Shown: piece after piece, positions 37,436 to 50,986 of the stretch
Layout of the letters: each line of letters begins with the position of its first letter
Numbering within the stretch: the stretch's first letter is position 1
NCBI GenBank assembly: GCA_002633005.1
Contig: NMRA01000145.1
Location: 45,785 to 109,784, forward strand
Source: Phoronis australis
Taxonomy: Eukaryota > Animalia > Phoronida
Length of the DNA stretch: 64,000 bases
Direction of reading: 5' to 3'
Translations under genes and position numbers: made by a program
Notes under the pieces: model-generated
Told to the model about the DNA's origin: nothing
The model's database searches: none
Seen by the model: the letters and a program-made list of their open reading frames with translations, nothing else

Positions 37436-38251
37436 CATTAGTCCAGGCCCTTAACCCGAAAACGTTTGCACCTCGGATTAAAGCACCAAATTTGGCACAC
37501 TGGTACTTTTTGACATGCTGAATTTCATGGGGGTCGGTTGCCCAAATTTTGAGGTCAAGGTCAAGGTCAAATCTCAAAAAACAAAATGGCCGCCAAGCAA
37601 TACAATCCATTGTTGCTTGAGAGATAATAACATATTTTAAGGCTAGGTAAAGGTACTTTATTAGATAGAAAACTGTTAAAATGACATTGTAACATGTTTT
37701 CCTCATAATGTTAAGACACCTCATTTGCATAAATCCAATATGGCCGCCAAACTTTAACTGACTGACAGTAATTTTAACGAAACCATAACGTTGATCTGGT
37801 GCAAAACTAATCTTACCAAAACAAATAGGTTTTCTTATTAAAGATGAACTGATTTATCACCTATTTTAACAATTAGTATGAAAATTCAGTGCATATTATA
37901 ATAAAGAGGCCAATATATGTATAGAACTTGACAGACTAAGGTGAACTCAGAGGTCAGTATTGTGCTACGTGTAGTCCCTGTCCACATATTCACAATGTTG
38001 TAAACGTATTTTCAACTGCTTATAATATCAACACAATAAAACGGATTAATGTCAAATTGCAAGTAGAGCTCACACAATTCAATTAATTCATTCGTTCCTT
38101 TAGTCCATAACAAACCATGTTACCGGCATGTTCCCAGGCACTCGCAAAGTGCTGTGCATGCTAAAGAATTGCTTTTACATCGACATCTCTTGCCGCATAG
38201 TGGTACGCTTTTGCAACCGCACTTAATGAGCTGTTGACAGGCTTTGGAGAC
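37436..38251 (-). mobile_element. DNA transposon 3' end encoding a tesmin/TSO1-like CXC Cys-rich C-terminus; broken by the gap
   Basis: KACQQLIKCGCK..CGKRCRCKSNSLACTALCECLGTC*, a C-terminus typical of large invertebrate transposon proteins; superfamily not assigned. Confidence 0.6.
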
Positions 38252-38453
38252 NNNNNNNNNNNNNNNNNNNNNNNNNNNNNNNNNNNNNNNNNNNNNNNNN
38301 NNNNNNNNNNNNNNNNNNNNNNNNNNNNNNNNNNNNNNNNNNNNNNNNNNNNNNNNNNNNNNNNNNNNNNNNNNNNNNNNNNNNNNNNNNNNNNNNNNNN
38401 NNNNNNNNNNNNNNNNNNNNNNNNNNNNNNNNNNNNNNNNNNNNNNNNNNNNN
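38252..38453. other. Assembly gap (N run); single-n joins also at 28563 and 31431
   Basis: Directly visible. Confidence 0.99.
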
Positions 38454-39374
38454 TAATTACCAGGGTTAATTAATGAACTCAACATTTCCCTACGCTCTTG
38501 CTGTTTTATTTTTTTGTGGCAGCCAAGGGGGGGGGGGACGGGCATCCTGGGCCCCCCCTTAAATCCGCCTATGACAATGAACACAATTATGGAAACATGA
38601 GACCGCAGGCCTATCATCAAACGTAAACATTTTTTATTAAGTTCCATGAACTAATTTTGAAAATAGTTTACGGAAACCGTGACAATGTAAAGAATAAATG
38701 GAAGGGTTACAAACCTACTGCGTATTATCTTTAACAAGAACCACCATTGTCAAGGATAAAACAATATTGGTGAAAACAACAAAACCTCTTAAATAATAAG
38801 TAGCCGTAAACAAGGTGTTCAGAAATCACTACATGCATGTCCTGCAGGTACCTCCATGAAAAAGGCTTAATGGCCATAAATAAGGTACACAGTATACTGA
38901 ACCATTTTATTAAAACTTTCTCTATGTCACTGACCTGGAAACACCCAACAAGTTGTTAAGTTAGTTCATACACAAAAAACACTTCCATATGAAGCATATG
39001 TGGAAAGGTAGACCAGCTTTTGCGGTATTCCTTGAGCTGGTCGAATAACTTGTGATTATCAGGTGACCAAAACGTGCAGGACAGTACATGAATCTGTGTC
39101 AGTGCAGATACACCAAGCAATCAAACTTTGGGTAAGTTTAGTTTATAATCATAATCAGTTGAAGATGATCAATAGAGCATTATCAGTATAAGTCATTATA
39201 AAGGTCTTTTCAAATCAACAACAGAAAGTAACAAGAGGGAAGTCGAGCTTGTTCATTTGTTGATGAGGAATTGAGTAACAAAATCAATGTACATTCATGG
39301 GGAGAAATTGAAGAGTACACACAAGACTCTGAGTGGGGCAAGGTATGGCTTTTTTTAGTTGACAATTTCTACAC

Positions 39375-39501
39375 CAGATCGGCCACCCCAGATTTGGCGA
39401 CCTAGGATTTTCAGTTTGGACACCTCAGATTTTGTTTGGCGACCTGGAATTTTGCCTGGTTAGCAAATGCGATGCGGCATTAAGTTAACTGCCGAGCGCT
39501 G
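39375..39501. mobile_element. hAT-like element end in the candidate copy 3 leader intron
   Basis: Terminus aagttaactgccgagcgctg resembles the TIR of the 5-bp-TSD family; repeated ttggcgacc boxes. Confidence 0.45.
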
Positions 39502-39547
39502 TATTACAAATAATGATATTATAATTTTAGGATCTACACGATACAAA

Positions 39548-40537
39548 ATGAATATCTCCACTACCAACTACACTGTCCGACCAACTTGGGCCATGTGGTC
39601 AATCTACACCTACAGTGTCCTTGCTGCTGCCATTGTCATCACGAATGGCATACTTGTCGCTGTGATTGCCAGGACTGAATCACTTCGAGTCAACCCCCAT
39701 ATCTATGTGCTCGCTCTCGGAATGGCAGACTTTAGCGTCGGACTAATTGCTATACCTATTACACTCACAGCTTCTAACATCAAACTCAAGGAATACCCAC
39801 AATTCTGTCTAGCAATGCAGAGTGTAAACTTTTATTCAACACTTCTGTCTGTAGGGCTATTAACCCTTCTGGCAATCGACAGGTGCCTGTTCATTACCAA
39901 GCCGTTGAGATATCGTATATTGGTGACTAAATTTAAATCTGTTGTGGCAATTGTAACAGCAAATATTGGAATATTTCTATGGAGCTTTGCACCACTTTTC
40001 GGATGGAACAGACTTTCACTTGGCCTCATAACAGAAAATGAACTAAAGTGTTCTCCGATATTTATAATAATGCCAAATTATGTTTTGGTGGCATTAATTA
40101 TCTATCTCTTTTTAGAAACAGTGCAAATCACCTGTTTCTCATTCATAGTTTATGCTACATGGAAGCACAGAAGGAATCTCAACCAACTGAAAGCCTCAAC
40201 ATCGACTCAGTCCAGCCGACCAGTCATAAGTCTCAGAGCAACTACAGTGCTAGCACTACTAGTCTTTACTTCAGCGATGGGCTGGATACCACTTGTGTTC
40301 ATGAATGCTGCGGATTTTGATTGGTTCAGGTCTCACCATTATGTGCTTACATATAGTGAAGAAAGAGAAGTATTTTTATTCATTGCTTACTTAACATCAC
40401 TTATAAACCCTTTAGTCTATGGTTTTGGAACTCTTGCAGTGAAGAAAGCTACGGCGAAGATGTTCCAATGCAAATGCTACAGAAGAGAAACATACCGCAC
40501 TGGTGAGACTGAAGTTTCTGCCGTTACAGCGTTGTGA
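39548..40537 (+). CDS. Class A orphan GPCR, array copy 3
   Basis: Same motifs (MADF, DRC, GWIP, INPLVY). ATG 39548 aligns with the paralogue starts; the ORF-track extension from 39467 lies upstream of the acceptor at 39530. Confidence 0.92.
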   Translation: MNISTTNYTVRPTWAMWSIYTYSVLAAAIVITNGILVAVIARTESLRVNPHIYVLALGMADFSVGLIAIPITLTASNIKLKEYPQFCLAMQSVNFYSTLLSVGLLTLLAIDRCLFITKPLRYRILVTKFKSVVAIVTANIGIFLWSFAPLFGWNRLSLGLITENELKCSPIFIIMPNYVLVALIIYLFLETVQITCFSFIVYATWKHRRNLNQLKASTSTQSSRPVISLRATTVLALLVFTSAMGWIPLVFMNAADFDWFRSHHYVLTYSEEREVFLFIAYLTSLINPLVYGFGTLAVKKATAKMFQCKCYRRETYRTGETEVSAVTAL

Positions 40538-40923
40538 AGAAAACCATAAATCCAAGGAACTTGTTCAGGAGGAAGTCAAACATCTCTCCATAAATGAAGC
40601 TTTTGTTAACAGATGCATGGTCTCAGTTTGATTGTTGACACCATACAAAGAAGGCAGATAGACAGACATGGGAAGCCTAAGTGTGATAACAAACGTCTCA
40701 GTAATTTGGTGAAGGATAAGTGTCCCTCAATGTTTCTTTTGTAAAAGAAATGCAGTTTTTCTTAATCATTTGTCTAGGAATAGTGTCAGGAGCTCAGGTC
40801 TGATAATGTAAGTGAATGAACAGAATACATTTTTGATCCAATAATTTCCAATTTGATGAATGACGTGGACACAAAATTGGTATAAGTACATGAGGATAAA
40901 TTTAAAATTAACAGATCTCTATA

Positions 40924-41430
40924 GGCCTTTTCATATTGACTTAACTCCGGTCTCAGCGGAGCATCGACGTAAAGAGCGCAGTTAACTGGACTGTTCATAC
41001 TGGCTTCGGTAGTCAATGAACATCGAAGTAAACGGTAGGAGATACTGTCATCATCGAAGTTATCACAAGGTAGCGCTGCATGCTATGATTTTTTCAATGT
41101 GACAATTTGGGAAGATTTACATGTGCCAATTGTCATTAAAAATAATTTTAAATCGATTGGTTATTATTAGGGCAAAGTATAAACAGCTATTAGTGACGGC
41201 ACTGACCCCGTAACTATAGACAATAACAGTGGCACCTGGCGATATTACTTTGATTGGACTGAATTTAACCGTTCATGCTGCACAGCAGCCTCGACACTGC
41301 GCTGCTAAATCCACCAGTTAACTGCGATGTTAACTGGAGCTGTTAACTGCGATCCAGGACCGGAGTTAAGCGTTCATACTGACCGCAACTTCCCAAACCA
41401 TCGACCTGTCGACTTTAGTATGAAAGGCCC
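40924..41430. mobile_element. PIF/Harbinger-like MITE
   Basis: Termini ggccttttcatat / gtatgaaaggccc flanked by ata/tta; internal inverted ttaactccggtc / gaccggagttaa. Confidence 0.6.
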
Positions 41431-42539
41431 TTATGACCTCAGGAACAATTTCAAGCTATTAAATGCTCACACAAATTTACATTTGCAATGAGTAAAACTT
41501 GCTTTCCCCACTCCCCATTTAATGTAAATCAGCATTGAAAAGTTTATGTAAACACAATATATGAACAATTTGTGTTTTATCTGTATGTGTAATTGGCGTC
41601 ACAATTACGTGGACTAAAGTAAGTACGAGCCATGGGGACCACTGCAAGTCCATTGATGTCCAGATTACTGCTGTACTGCAAAAACACCGACAAACCCTTT
41701 AACTTTTTGATAGGACTTCTCAATGATTTTTAATTGTTAATACCATCAATATTTATTGTAAATGCAATAGTTAGACAAAAGGAATACATGTTTTGTACCC
41801 TATTTATAACCATCATGGGTAAGATACAAAGATACAATTAAAAAGTAATGTACACTTTATTAGCACATGATGCATAATGAGTTAATATCATTTTAGCAAT
41901 AAAAATGGAGATATTTTTATTTGTCCATAATGCGAAAGAGCACAATCCATAAAGATTACTTGAAATTGATTGTAGCAAATGAATTACGCATAAGAGCGCA
42001 GTTTCTGACTATCATGTCAGCAACCGAGATTCAGCACTGACACCATAAAAGGAATTAAAGAGTTAGTTGTCAAAATTGGGAATTGCTTTATCTGTCTCCT
42101 AATTGCAAGAATGAAGTTTGTGCTGTCCAAACAAAAAATTTCGACAAGGAGCTTCTGGTAATGGCCGACACAACACGTGTATTGTAAAGGGGGAAGCTTT
42201 ATCCTATATCAAGGGTAATTTCTGTTCTTCGAGGGTCAGTTTGTTGTATATTCTACTTCATAATGTATATCCTTCAAAAACGCCGAGTCAGTAAGCACAA
42301 TGCTGAGTTGAAGACTTCTACACAGAATGTCAAAGCCATATACACTTACACTCCTGAATGCAAAGCTATTGAAACAGTCTACACTTACACCTCTGTCATC
42401 AAGGCCCATGGCCGGCACTGGCACCAGGCTATACTCTGGATTCAACACTAAACGAGAAATAAAAGATGCACTCTCAGACAGCGAATTCAATTTTTTTTCA
42501 CGAAACTCCTACACTCTTTTCTGCTCAAACTACTGCCAT

Positions 42540-42960
42540 TTGTGAGCTGTTAGCAGCTAAAGACCGTAACACTGAACTTTTGAGAAATGAGGCTGCCAAC
42601 ATGAAGAGTCACTTTGAGCACAAGAGTGAAAACCTTGAAGTTATGCTTAATGAACAAGCCTAAAGATGTCAAAACAGTCTCATAGTAAGTGGTTATGAAG
42701 AGAAAAGAGATGAGAACACAGATGACATTGCATGTACGTTCTCTAGATAAAGCGTATGAGCGCGAGTATTAATATCATGGACATTAGTCGTAGTCATCAC
42801 CTTGGTGCACCCCCAAAGTCTTCAACCTCGAATAAACTAAGGCCTATAATTGCGAAGTTTGTCTACTTCAATGCAAAAGCCAAGTTCATTGCGAATTGAA
42901 AAGTACTCTACAAATCTGAAAAGCCATTTTTTTGTGAACGACAACTACAAAAAGAGCCAA
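42540..42960 (+). mobile_element. Degenerate LINE ORF1 remnant
   Basis: Coiled-coil-like stretch, then LIVSGYEEKRDENTDDI...DISRSHHLG...RPIIAKFV, with stops and frameshifts. Confidence 0.65.
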
Positions 42961-45092
42961 AGTTTTCAATTGATCGTTTGGTCTGTGCAACTTGGCCCTA
43001 TTTTAATCGTCTGCGCATGACTACGTTAGTCATGAACTCCATGTGACAAGCTATCACAACTTATCAGCTATTGGCACACTGTTTCCCAGCACGTCCATTG
43101 TGATGTACAAATACAATTCTGACTACTAAATATCTATTATCGTGACGCTCGAATTTCATTATGCAGAAAAAAATACTATCTGAAAGGTTGCCTTTTCTGA
43201 ATTTCTGGAACAGAACTGCAAAAATGTGAATTTTTACACAAAATTAATCTCTAAATGGGTAGTTATCCAAATTTTCGGGCAGCACGCTTTATCCAAAAAT
43301 ACTTGAGTAGTCTGAGGCCGGGTCAGATACCACTTGTTCGCGATTTTGGTCATATACTTCATGATATGATTTTAGTTTCGTAAAAATAACAGTGGTCATA
43401 AATGGTATTTCAGTCGTTAAATATATTTATGTGAGCACATGGACATGTCTTACTCCTTCTCCCGCCCCCCTCACTTAGGACTAATTTTCCACTAATTCCT
43501 TTGTTTGGGACTACACATCGCATTCCCAGACTTCTTACGGGGCTATATTTATCACGTGTCTTAGAGTTTGGTCAGCTTTTGGCTCTCACAGGCTGATTTC
43601 GTCACCTGTCCTTAAGGCATTCTTTGTTATGCAATCTCACGTTTCAGTTCATCTTCTTTGTTACACCCTCACTGACATATACGCCTGAAAACTTATATAT
43701 CTTTTCCCACCCCTTAACCAACCCCCATTTCGGCATTCAAATTGTTGTTACCTTTACGTGGCTGGCGCTTTTTATTGCTCTGACATTTTACCAGTGAGAG
43801 ATGATGATCATCTTTATTTTACTTATTTTGGATTCTCTATAACTTTTAATTATATTCAACATAATAAATGACCTCATATTGCCTTCCTTGGGCTCATTTT
43901 CATCTTTTAGCCTCAAACCCACTACTGAATATTAGTTTGAAAGAATGAACTAACTGTGTCACCTGGTATCTTAGCAATTAGTTCGATATCGCTGTCTAAG
44001 CGGAAAAGATAAGCGAAGATCCCCCAATAGGAAAGTGTCTTTGGCCATCAACATTATTGCAAAGTGGAACTACAAAAATGGCAAATAGGTCTTAATAATA
44101 TGAGAAATTGAGTACTATGTTTGAATCAAAAACTTCAGTGCTAGAAAGGTGGCTGTTTGTCTAATGAATACACCGTCCTATCAATTTAGGTTCGGCATAT
44201 GTCCCGAGCAAAATATGTGCATCACAAACTTGTTACGAGAGACGAAAAGGAGACAGAGGTTGGCAAAATAAGGTCATTTTTTATGGCAGAATAAAATACA
44301 AAGAACATGGGTGAAGATAAGATACAATACGTAAAGTAAGTGAGATGGGAAATAAAAAGTGTAACACGGAGGTACGAGAAGGTGCCATTAGTGATAGGAG
44401 ACAGTGGGTTGGTAAAATTGAAATACTTAGACACGTATGTCTGAGACTAGCTGACACAAGGCAATAGAACTAGAACATGTGAAATGCACACAAAGGAAAT
44501 TCCTATAGACACGACAGTACTCAGCCTGTAAAAGCCAGGAGCTGACCCAAACTCAGGGCATATAATGATTACATAGACCAACTCAAAGGCTGGGAATAAA
44601 CAACAGCCCTGCATAAAAGAATCAGAGGACCTGTCTAAATTGAAAAAAGGGGGATGTAAGATAGAAGAGTCCCTAATGCTCACATAAATATATTCAACTT
44701 AGTGAAATATAATTTTCCAACCAAATTTCTTTGTGCCTTTCGTGAAATTTGCAGAAAATTTTATCAGAAATGGAATAAATTCCTAAAATCTATAATTTTC
44801 AGTAAAATTCCGATCCTGACATCATTTAAAGTGAGTGCATAATATATTATAGTTTGTTGAACAAAAGAAAGCTCTTCACTACTTGTGTGTAGTCCAAAAG
44901 AATACGTAACCAAATTCGTATTTAACAGCCTTTTCACAAATGAATTTGACAAAAGCATATGTTTTTTCTCATGATATGACAAAATCTAAAATACAAAAAT
45001 GCAGGATTTTATTTCCATCAATTTGAAAAACTGAAACAATTGTTTTCATTACAATTCTAGGATCCACGTGGAACAGAGAAGTGGTCCCCAAA

Positions 45093-46082
45093 ATGAATAC
45101 AACAACAAATTACACTCTCCGAAAATCATGGAGCACCTGGTCAATCTACAGCTACAGTGTCCTTGCTGTTGGCATTGTCATCACAAATGGCATACTTGTT
45201 ACTGTGATTGGCAGGACTAAATCGCTTCACATCAACCGCCATATCTACGTGTTGGCTCTTGGATTGGCAGACTTCAGTGTTGGATTAGTTGCTATACCCA
45301 TTATAATGATAACTCCCGAGATCAAACTCTCCAAACACCAAAACTGCTGTCTAGCAATGATCAGTGTAAACTTCTATACAGTATTTTTGTCAGTAGGCGT
45401 GTTATTCCTTCTTGCACTCGACAGGTGCTTTTTCATCACCAAACCATTGCGGTACCGCACATGGATGACAAGATTCAAGACTATCATGGCACTTGTAACA
45501 GTAAACACATGTATACTTCTGTGGAGCTTTGCGCCACTTTTTGGATGGAACAAACTTTCACTTGGCCTCATAACCGGAGAGAACCTGAACTGTAATTCCC
45601 TACATATATTGCTGCCAAATTACATTTTGGTAACAATGATTATATACTTCATTATGCAGAGTGCACAGATCACATGTTTTGCATTCATAGCCTACACCGC
45701 CTGGCGACACAGAAAGAATATTAACAAGATGAGATCCTCTACACAAACTCTGACCAATCGACCATCAATAAGCCTACGAGCAACTATAGTGCTAGCACTG
45801 CTAGTCTTTACATCTGCAACAGGTTGGATTCCACTAATGATTATCAACGCATTAAACTTGGATTGGTTCACATCTCATGAGGTTAAACCGCTTCACTTGA
45901 ACAAAGTGAAGGATGTATTTATGCTCATAGCACTATTGACATCGCTGATAAACCCGCTTGTCTATGGATTTGGAACCGAGGCAATAAATGAAGCTACTCT
46001 GAAGATGTTCCAAAGTACATGCCACAGAAGAGAAACACGGCACACTGACAATAGAGAGATTCATGTAATTACAACATTGTGA
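45093..46082 (+). CDS. Class A orphan GPCR, array copy 4
   Basis: Intact 7TM ORF with the same motifs. Confidence 0.93.
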   Translation: MNTTTNYTLRKSWSTWSIYSYSVLAVGIVITNGILVTVIGRTKSLHINRHIYVLALGLADFSVGLVAIPIIMITPEIKLSKHQNCCLAMISVNFYTVFLSVGVLFLLALDRCFFITKPLRYRTWMTRFKTIMALVTVNTCILLWSFAPLFGWNKLSLGLITGENLNCNSLHILLPNYILVTMIIYFIMQSAQITCFAFIAYTAWRHRKNINKMRSSTQTLTNRPSISLRATIVLALLVFTSATGWIPLMIINALNLDWFTSHEVKPLHLNKVKDVFMLIALLTSLINPLVYGFGTEAINEATLKMFQSTCHRRETRHTDNREIHVITTL

Positions 46083-46458
46083 AGAAAGCCATAAGCAGAT
46101 CCGATCGAAAATGAGAACCTTCATTTTGATAATCTTTTTTCACCAGAGGACAGTCTCCGAGCTGTTTAGAGGTGCTGAGAGTGACATCCATGTGTTGGAC
46201 AGTACCACATTAGAAACTGGAAACTCTTTAAATGCTCATCTGGAAGTTGAGAACAATAAGTGAGAAAGCTGTGCAATCTCTCCTACTCAAGCATGCCAGG
46301 GAACTGATGTGGATTAATTTTGCAAATTATATAATGGAGATCAAGAAGTTAAGTGTGGTCTGAAAAGTAATACATTTGATACAACACAAGCAAGAATGCA
46401 CGTGACAAGTACGGAAACATAGCACAGAACAGACTGCCTGTGTATAACTGACCTGGAG

Positions 46459-47280
46459 CAGGAGCGTTCTAAAATTCCCTCAACCACCACACTTCACGAC
46501 ACCTGGGCCAACGACCCCCTTAACCCAGGACCCACAACCCCCTCAACGCAATCTACACAAGCTCAATTCAATCTGAACAACATGTGCTGACGTGCAAGAC
46601 CAACAAGTCGGGTCCTGAGCTCGGCTTGCTATTCCTAGTTTTTTTTGCAATTAAGAGTCGATTTGACAAGTTTGAAAGCCAAAACAGAAAAACAACATGA
46701 CCAAATCAAGACCTTCCAATGTTACAAATTAATGTTGTTCCAGGCAGTCTGTAATCGTTTCGTCTGCTTTTCAGAGAATGGCAGATTCAAACAAGCCTAT
46801 TTGGGAAGAGTGTGAGGAACCAACAAAAATGTAATTTCATGTTTGAAAAAAATGTTAACTAAAAAGTATCTCAATGTTATATGGAGTATAGTGTAAAGGA
46901 ATATAGACAACAGAAAGCAAATAATAAAAATGCAAAATTATGTACATTCACATTAAAGCAATATCTCCCTACGTTTAGTAGAAGAGGGCTATTGGTAACC
47001 GCTCATGGAACTATTTCTGAGACAACAATAGCAAGCTCACCACTTTCTGTTTTTAAACGCATCAGACTTGAGCTAGAGCAGATTTGTGGGTAGGTTTGTC
47101 TTATGAAAAAGTCATTCAGCAACACAATATGATTGTGAAATGTGTAAAAAATGCAGATACATCTATTGCCACAGGTCGTGGGTCGAGGGGGTTGTGGGTC
47201 ATGGGTTATGGGTCGAGGGGGGTCTTGGATCAGGAGGGGGTTGTGGGGTGTGAGGGTCAAGGGCTAAGAAGAATCCCCTG
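46459..47280. mobile_element. Insertion with C-rich/G-rich inverted ends in the copy 4 3' flank, containing a LINE 3'-end-like fragment
   Basis: Absent from the paralogous site at about 56202-56222 (actgacctggagcattgaa); target duplication gag or cctggagc; internal frameshifted WN..SE..IASSPLSVFKR. Confidence 0.65.
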
Positions 47281-49371
47281 GAGCATTGAATTCCCATGGG
47301 TTTTCTTCCTCACAACGCGTAAAAACAATTGGCCTTAACCTCATGGTAGACTAAAAAACGGACAGCAGTGAAAATGCCAAATTGATAGACACGGCAGGGA
47401 ATCCATTAGGGACACCACATATTAAGCCACAGCAAATTAGAATAGAAAAGCTCAACCATGTTGAGATATTAAAGACCTTGTTGCACATGATGTCAGAGTG
47501 CTAAAGCATGTTATAAAGAAGCCATCTGACAAAATTAATCCACAAAAAATACATAGAAGTCCGCACTTGGCACAATTTAGAACTGAGTCTGTCTACCATT
47601 TAAGCTTTACTGTTAAGTCGGAAGTGAAATTCGTTCAGGAATGATTGAATAATAAAAGTCTAGTCAGCAGTGCTAAGTGGATTTGACAATGAAAACTGGA
47701 AATATTGAAAATATTGAAAATAAAGTGACAAACGCGAAAAACTAAGACACCACAGTCGACAAGGAAGTGAAAAATTCGGAAGGCTCAGTTGCATGAAAGT
47801 TATACGCTACATAACAACAATGATGTTGCATCATCACGCATCAACTTGTTATTGTTGAACAATGCAAATGACGTCATGCAACAATCAAACTTATCCAGCA
47901 GGTAATTTTGAAGTTTTATACAACCTAGCCCAGGTAAACACCCACACATTAATTCCGGTGATAGTGACAAGCAAACTGTTATCAAGTGGAGACTTAAAGT
48001 CCTGAAATTTGTACGCAATTGGAATGCAGTAGATTTCCAATTTTCCACTGCAGTTCCTAGTGACTTCAGCCAGACAAGCTTTAACAGTTGTAGTTAATAC
48101 AAGCGGATGTGTCCAGATTCCTGTCGAAAATATTGATGGGTCCTTCAGCCAGCAATTATTGGTGGACATGTGGCATAAAACATGAACTTACTGCTTGGAG
48201 CTCTCAAAATGTTTTTTTAAATGTGCTATGAAGAAATATAGATTTAATACGATTTTCAATGGTTGTTAATTTATTTAGTATACCGTACTCGTCCGCGTTT
48301 CCGACCAGGGCGCTTAAATTGGGAATCTAAAAAACAGGGTGTGGGCGGTAAGCCGAGCATGGGAGTTTAAAATCAAAATTTTTTAATAGTCTTGAGTTGT
48401 TGCTTATTAACTGCACAGAGGACCGATTTTACCCTCACGGAGCTGCACTGACGTGGGGCTTCAAGCATATCAGTTAAAACATAGGTCAGAGGATTGAAAC
48501 AACGGTCTTCGACGGATTCTAGCAATAAGAGCCATGGGGATCACTGCAATTGCATATGTCCAGATTCCTGCTGTAGTGCAAAAATACCAACAAACCCTTT
48601 AGCAAACTACAGGGGACATGACCAAATATTAACTTGCTGATAGGACTTCTCAATATTTTTTGATGTTTTGCCAGAAATAAATGTTTAATAATATCAATAT
48701 TTAATATAAATGCAATAGTTAGACAAAACGTTCTGTATCATAATTAAGGTTGTGAACATCTTGGGAAAATAAAAATGAAAAAGTAATGAATATTCCATTA
48801 GTAAATAATGCATAGTGCGTGATGTGTCAAGCCTAACACGTTTAAATTGATTTAGCATTAAAACAAGAGATATCTTTATTTGTCCATGATTCGAAAAAGC
48901 ATAACTCATGAACATTATTTGAAAATGATTGTTTAGCATATAGCAGAGTGTAATTTCCGAATATCATCATGTCAGTGACTGGGTTTCCGAATTGAAACTA
49001 CAAATTAAGAAACACTATGATAGGAATTAACGAATCGGTTGTCAAAAATAAGAATTGCTTTATCTGTCTCCCTAACAGAAAAAATGAAGTTTGTGCTGTC
49101 CAAACACAAAATGTCAACAACATGGAGCACATGGCAATCTCACAGTCATCCACCAGCAACATTAGTGCTGTCTGGATCTGGGAAGAGTTTGACTGTCACT
49201 ATGCTCTACATTTACTGTATTCATAGCAACGTTGTTTCTGTGGACCTTTAGATTCTTACATGGGGAGATTATTTCAAATATCATGAAATATGACTTTCTT
49301 TCAAAAAACGCATCATTTTATACAGACACAAAGAAACATGACAATGCACTGGTTATTGCAGTATTTAAATG

Positions 49372-50986
49372 CAGGGTTTCCCCTGCGTGTATCTGGGCAG
49401 CCCGCCACGCTCCTTTATTGGCCCCGCCACTCGGAAATCATGCTCAAATTGACCGCCACACACCTAATCGTGACAGGGAAAACTTCACCGAAACGCAAAA
49501 ATAGCTAATAAAAATGATTGATAGCAAAAATGATCCCTAGTAAAATGATCACTTACCTAAGTAAAATGATCACTAGTAAACATGATCGCTAGTAATAATG
49601 AATAGGCATAAGTCACATGGCACCTTTCGCCGTTTGTGGACCGAACTGGAAAAATAATTTTATAATGGAATCTTGAATTGTGCCCCTCGATAAACACAAT
49701 CACTCAATCTCCTTCCGTACCTTGTCTCTGCCTGGTTATCAGACAAAGCACAGAAACTGAATACGGCCGGGTACCAGACAACGACCTCGATACGAATTTT
49801 CTAAAATGGCAAAGCACAAGGGCTCGCTAATGAAGTGAATTGAAAAACAGGAATGTTTCTGTTCCATTCATTTTATCGTGTCCGAGTTTACCAAAGATAT
49901 TGAACAGCAATGTAATTATATTGCAGGGGGTGACATTCAACTGCTTAATCAACCACAGCCCTGCAACAAAACGACGACCCCCAAACTCCCGCGACCGACC
50001 TTGGTAAATTGGTCTACCGAACTTTGGAGCCTATGGTACATTCAAATCATAGGCGGATTTGGGGGCCTACCCCCCCCCCTGGCAGACACAAAAAACAGCA
50101 AGAGCATGAAGAAATATCGAGTTTACTAATGAAATCCAACAAATAACGTACCAATGGAACAAGATTTAACAATGTGTGCAGTTAGTTAGTGTGTCCAAAT
50201 CAAACCGCTGGAGCGATCGTTTTCCGTTTTTTTTTTATTTATTACTCCATTTGAATTTTAGTAAAAGGTTCACATTCCCAGAATTTCAGGCCCCCCTATA
50301 TTTTAGGCTAAGTGCGCACATGCAATCATGCTTTGCCCCATTGCCCAGACAAAATGTTGGCCCCCCCCCCTAATAATATCCTAGATCCGCCACTACAAGT
50401 ACCTAAAAATCCGTAAAAGCGAAATAAAATAACACGTTTGTTCAATAACTCGATGTATTTGTAAGGGTTTTACATCGAATTTTGGTGATTTATTGGTGTA
50501 AAACCATGAATTCAAGCGATTAGCTGACACCAGTAAGCATGTTGTGAACTGCTGAACAGACTGCAATCGAACCTCTGACGTTATTGGTTAATTTCAACAC
50601 CTCCATCTGCCGTCAGGTGCCAGGTAAAAGAGCTGTACTTGCTGTTAACGAGTAGAACTACTCGATATAAATTGATAAACTAGGATGTTCTTGGGTGGCA
50701 TTCTCCTTTAAGGTTTTGTCTATGAGTAAACTTGTATCATGCACCAAACTGCACCCAATTACATCAAGTTTTTCAAATTTTGCCAACACCCCATGGGAGG
50801 ATCTCACTTCCCATGCTCACATGTAGCGCCAGGTTCCACATCCGCGCCGAGCATTTACTACCTTGTTCGTTTTGAAACCCAGGCAATAGAGGGATCCCAC
50901 TTCCCATATTCGCGTGTGGCAACAGGCTTTGGACCCGTTTTGGCCATTTACCACCAGGCTCCTTTCAAAACCCAGAGGAAACCCTG
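49372..50986. mobile_element. hAT-like non-autonomous element containing a nested MITE (50048-50395)
   Basis: TIRs cagggtttcccctgcg / cccagaggaaaccctg; flanks aaatg/agatg; inner cataggcggat...atccgccacta; two imperfect 93-bp subterminal repeats at about 50799 and 50892. Confidence 0.7.

Noticed and set aside
39467-39547. 27-aa N-terminal extension of GPCR copy 3
   Set aside because: Its ATG lies in a transposon-end remnant upstream of the conserved acceptor at 39530.
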